Shown here piece by piece: positions 59,731 through 64,000 of a stretch of DNA of 64,000 nt. The DNA is from Podarcis cretensis (taxonomy: Eukaryota). A model generated the notes under the pieces. It saw nothing but the letters and a program-made list of their open reading frames with translations. It searched no databases and was not told the DNA's origin. Position 1 is the stretch's first letter; every line of letters starts with the position of its first letter. A program made the position numbers and the translations under genes. Where the stretch lies: contig OX638151.1 in the NCBI GenBank assembly GCA_951804945.1, positions 74,400,001 through 74,464,000 on the forward strand, given 5' to 3'.

Positions 59731-62700
59731 TGGGGTGGCTGGTTGCCCGAATGGCGTCGTCGGGGGGGGGGGGGCACGGAATTCCGAGCAGATTCTTCCG
59801 CTTTCTGGAGCAGCGAGGCCGGCGAGAGCGCTGCTCCGAGACCTGGCTTCTGGGCTTGGGGCGGGGCCCTGAAACAATGCCTCCCCGGCAGACAATAGGG
59901 ACATTAGATAACGTGTTAACTTAATGATTTCCCCCTATGGAGAACTCGTTTGACTGCCTCCAATCAGCGCAAGCTGCCAGCCGCGGCCCGCTTCTCCTCC
60001 AAATGAAACCCGACAGCTGCTATATGCGGGGCCGGCGGGAGGAAGGGGGATTAGGTGGTGGGGCGCGCTGGGAAGCGAGAGAGGGGGGCGCGAGGGAGGG
60101 AAGAGGGATCCTTCCAAGGAGGAGGAGGAGGAGGGAAAGAAAGGGGGGGGGGAATCAGTCACAACAGGTCCGGGGAAAGGACAACGCTCAGGAATCTTCA
60201 GCCCTCCCCCTCGAGACGAAAAGTGAAGTTTGGCTGCTGTGTGAATGTGGGTGGTGGTTTGCGGGGGGGGGGGGGAGGGAGCGGGAAGGTAAGCGATCTC
60301 CAGGAGAGCCGGGCGAGCCAAGCTTGGCTTCTGGAGCTGTGTAATTACACGCCCTCCTTGCCACCTGCCTATTGGGTCACCAGTGACCCGTCAAAAAGAG
60401 TAGCATGGGAATTCGCATTGCAGACAATGGCCACAGGGGAGAGCACTCGACTCCCCCCCCCCCGCCTCCTCCCGCCCCTCCCCTGCCTCTCACACCGCTC
60501 TTGGCCGGCTCTCTCTCTCTCTCAGCCCCCCCCCCCCCACGTCCTTCAGGCGGCCACTGCTAGACTTTCTCAAAGAGGGGAAAAGGCAAGGAAATCGGAC
60601 ATGCCACGGTGCCAACGCCCGGCGTTGGATTTCATCGCTCCTTAATCGGACAAAACGCGCGCAACTCCTTATGCAAATCCCAAACTCGCCTTCTGGGCTT
60701 CTGCCCCCGCTCCTCGCTTTTTTTTTTTGCACTTGCACAGAGGACGCGCATCTCAGCCTCGCTCTTTCCCATCTCTCTCTGCCTCTGCCCCACAAGCCGA
60801 TTTCAAAGGCCCGATCGACAGGACTTCACGTCGAAGTGCAGGCGGGAGGTGCCACGCCACCGAGGATGAGATCCCCCTGCATGGGGCAGGGGGGGGGGGA
60901 ATCCTTGAGCTCACTTCCGAGTTAAAAAACCTCAGAGGATCGAGTTTGAGGGCGCGACATTTCTCCAGAACGGGGGGCGTCCTTTTGGTGGCTCTGTCCC
61001 CCAAGGCGTCCGAACCAAAGCCGTCCCTGTGACTGCGAGCCGCTGGCTTGAAATAGTCTAACCAGGCTTCCAGTCGCGTTGAAATCCATCGGATTTCCTT
61101 CTGAGCCAGCAGAGGATCTAGTCGTAAATATATTCAGAGGGCGGTAAACATCATATTAAGTGTAAAGTAAATAACCAGTTTACTTCCCAGTATTTCTGGA
61201 GATACCATTCCCCCAAATCGTAGCACCTTGGTTCTAGGGTTTTGCTTAAAAAATAAGAAAAAGAAAAGGGGAAATAAAATTGGAAAATAGTTATGACCCT
61301 GAGAGTCATAACTATTTTAGAAAATCTGAAATAGCGCTTTTAGAAGTACCTGAGGTATAACCATTAAAGCCCCTAGTTGTATATCTAGAATAAATTTTTA
61401 AAAATTAAATTCCTAAATTTAAATATTTTAAAAATGTATAGCTCTTACTTCGGAGCAGCCCAATTTATTCCTCAGGGGCTGAATGCAGGATAAGTGCAAT
61501 TACATACTTGTAGCCGGTTTCTAATAATATTTCCTCTGAGCAAAAAGTTATTCTAAGTTCAAAGGGATTTATTTCCACTTGTATTTTTACACGCGCACGC
61601 GCGCGCAGGGTTAAGATGGTAAAACTTTGTTCGTTTACTTGGGAGTAAGCCGCTCTGCTATCCTAATCCAGAGTAAAAGTGCCTAGGAAAATTGAGGGCG
61701 GCAAAACATTCCAGCGGCGAATACAGAATAACGGAACACGCACAACTGTTTTAGCGTCCCGGAACAGGCGTGCAATTTTGACAAGCCAATTCAGTCACAG
61801 TTTAACTTTTAATTTCACTGGGACCCCCACGTATTCCACCACATTGCATATTCCTTATTTGTATTAAGTTTGTTTATATTAAACACACGCCCACGGAATT
61901 TCTTCCCGCGGCCTGCGGAAAAACTAATGGCCTTAATTAATGCCCGGGAGGATTCCTCTAAACACCTTCGGATCCGCCCGCCCTCTCCAGATTCTGGATC
62001 GATTCTGCTCTGTGCTTGTCTTGTTTCTCCTCTCTCCGACGCCCAACGTAGCTAGCTATATCTGACCTCTTGTTTCTGCTCTATTTTAAGTGCTTATATT
62101 GTATTGGGGCCGTTGAATATGCCTGCTTATTTGGCAACCAGGCGCCCACTTCAGACAGGAGATAGGATAAGCTGGATATTAGATTCGCTGTCTCTATAAT
62201 TTCCTTGTTCTCCTTCCATTACTAGCTTAAACCCTGCACACCGAAATAGGCAACAGAATAGCCTACTATAATTGCGGGGAGGGGGGGGGCAATCCAGCCA
62301 CAATCCAGCGCGTTTAAATCCTACGAATTCCAAAAGGAGAAGCTTAAAAACTCTCGCCGTTGAAACCCTGCGGGTCTCAACTTCGACAGCGCCTCTTTTC
62401 TCGCCTTCGTCACCGTCCTCTTCTGCTGCAAACTTTGGCTCCCTGCCCTCCGCTTACCCCCTCCACCATTTTAATGGCATTTGGAGAGGGTGGGTGTCAG
62501 TCTCTCAGCCCATTAATGTCTCCTCCCCCCCCCCCTCCAGCAACCATGGCTCCTGTGCTGAGAATAAAATTCCGAAGGATGCCAGGCGAACGAGGGACCC
62601 CGTTAACTTGACACGAGGTCACCAGATAACTGATTAACCCCTGTTTAAAGGCCCCAGAAGTCTAACGGGAAAGACAAACGCGGCTCGGGCGGCGCTGGGA

Positions 62701-64000
62701 AACCGTTTGGAACATCCCTCGACGGGGCGTCCGGGGCGGGGGCACTTTTTTTGTGTGTGTGTGCGCGCCTCGTAATTGCTTAAAGATATATGGCAGCTTC
62801 GATTACTGTAATTACCATCAGAGGCTGTTGAAAGAAGTTAGGCTGCTTTGCGAGGACTCCTCGACGGGGTCTTGTTACCACCCAAGCAGAGAGATCACAT
62901 CTGACATCACTCCAGCCTGGCGGAAGGGAAAGCGGAGCCAGCGCCAAAGGCCGGAGGAGACGCGGCCGCTTCTGCGCCACGGCTCGGGACTAGACGGGCT
63001 GTCCAAGGCCTGGCGAGGGGCGCCCTCCCTCCATGGGGCGCAGGAGATCGCCCCAGTCTCCTCAAGGCAGGGCCGAGGTCCTGCGGGGGAGTAAAGGCCA
63101 GAGGGATCAGTGGGGAGGGGTCCGCCAGGGGGGAGATGGCGTGAGAAGCCACAGCTTTCTATCCTGCAGAATAAATAACCAAGTTTGCGCATACCCCGAA
63201 TTAGAAAATGTTCCCCAACTCATAAACAGGGGACGATCCAAATAGAGTCGAGCAGCTTAAAGTCTGTGGATTGATTATTATTTTTTAATCCATTTGAATC
63301 CCCCCCAAACCGCAGATTGAGACCAGTCACCTAAAATCAAGGCTGTCGTGCCAGAGAGCAACCCAATGTCATTCAAACCAACGGCGCTTGGTTTCTGTTT
63401 ATTGATATCAGTTAGGTTCTTTTTTTTTTTGTCTTTTTGGTTGGAGGAAAGAACTCGCTGACCACGTAATTAAACTCTCCTAGTTGCAAAAACGTTGCGT
63501 TTGGATCATTTCTGGAGCCTTAAGGCGGATCAATGGCAAGTTAAGATGCAAGCAAACGGAAACTGGCCGGGACGGAGTTCCTCCCGAGCTAATCTTCCAG
63601 CGGCGTTTATTCCGTTATGCCAAGTTAATTTTGTTTTTAAGCTATCCCGGGCGGGCTGCAGCCGCGGGAGACGGGGCAGGAGAAGTCCGTCTCGCCTCCT
63701 TGAAATGAAGGAAACTTACTTCCAAGTAACATCCCGACCCCACTCTAGGGATCTCATTCTCAGGTCACAGAAATCGCATTTAGTTTAAAAAAGAAAGAAA
63801 GAAAGAAAAAGTGTCCTAAAACATTTCTCTCTCTCTCACACACACACATCCCTTCCCGGTTTACACCACATTCTTTATTTCTCCTTAGGGATAAAGTTAT
63901 CCGAGAGAACCTGTGACGGCCCTCAATGTAAGAAGCGACAGAGTCCCAAGGAGGGGAGGTAACGGGGACACTCGGGGAGCCCATCTCCCCGAGGCAGTTT
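59730..64000. promoter_or_regulatory. CpG-rich, transposon-poor regulatory region in NR2E1 intron 1
   Basis: Broad CpG enrichment, no recognisable transposons apart from short hairpin-repeat remnants, and clusters of SOX, octamer and TAAT motifs; typical of a developmental TF locus. Confidence 0.65.

Noticed and set aside
60286-60294. + strand donor AAG|GTAAGC as evidence of an antisense exon
   Set aside because: An isolated splice-like motif with no supporting acceptor or transcript evidence.
59488-61032. Long overlapping ORFs (up to 196 aa) in NR2E1 intron 1
   Set aside because: Low-complexity Gly/Pro/Arg or VC/TH translations from GC-rich DNA and a (TG)n repeat; no domain similarity.

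Overview
Vertebrate genomic DNA, not microbial. The repeat content (hAT and Tc1/mariner MITEs, CR1, L2, RTE, Penelope, tRNA-derived SINEs) suggests a squamate, probably a lacertid lizard (inference). Three spliced genes lie in the same order and orientation as at human 6q21. AFG1L/LACE1 is on the - strand (coding exons 1-3, running off the left edge). SNX3 is on the + strand (complete, 4 exons, 162 aa), head-to-head with AFG1L. NR2E1/TLX is on the - strand, tail-to-tail with SNX3: exons 2-5 and 7-9 were found, exon 6 is missing and most likely sits in the 204-N gap, and canonical exon 1 is beyond the right edge. All called exons have GT-AG boundaries and consistent phases. Most ORFs in the supplied track are spurious. 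I see no wholly new multi-gene system. Best leads: (1) a Penelope-derived foldback holding half of a minimal hammerhead ribozyme; (2) an abundant hairpin hAT MITE carrying the same ACTACAAYTCCC motif as both housekeeping promoters; (3) repeat-free SOX/POU/homeodomain motif blocks that may be NR2E1 enhancers in or between bystander genes; (4) a possible in-frame alternative first exon of NR2E1; (5) a miR-9 site in the NR2E1 3' UTR. Family names come from recalled sequence knowledge; no searches were run.
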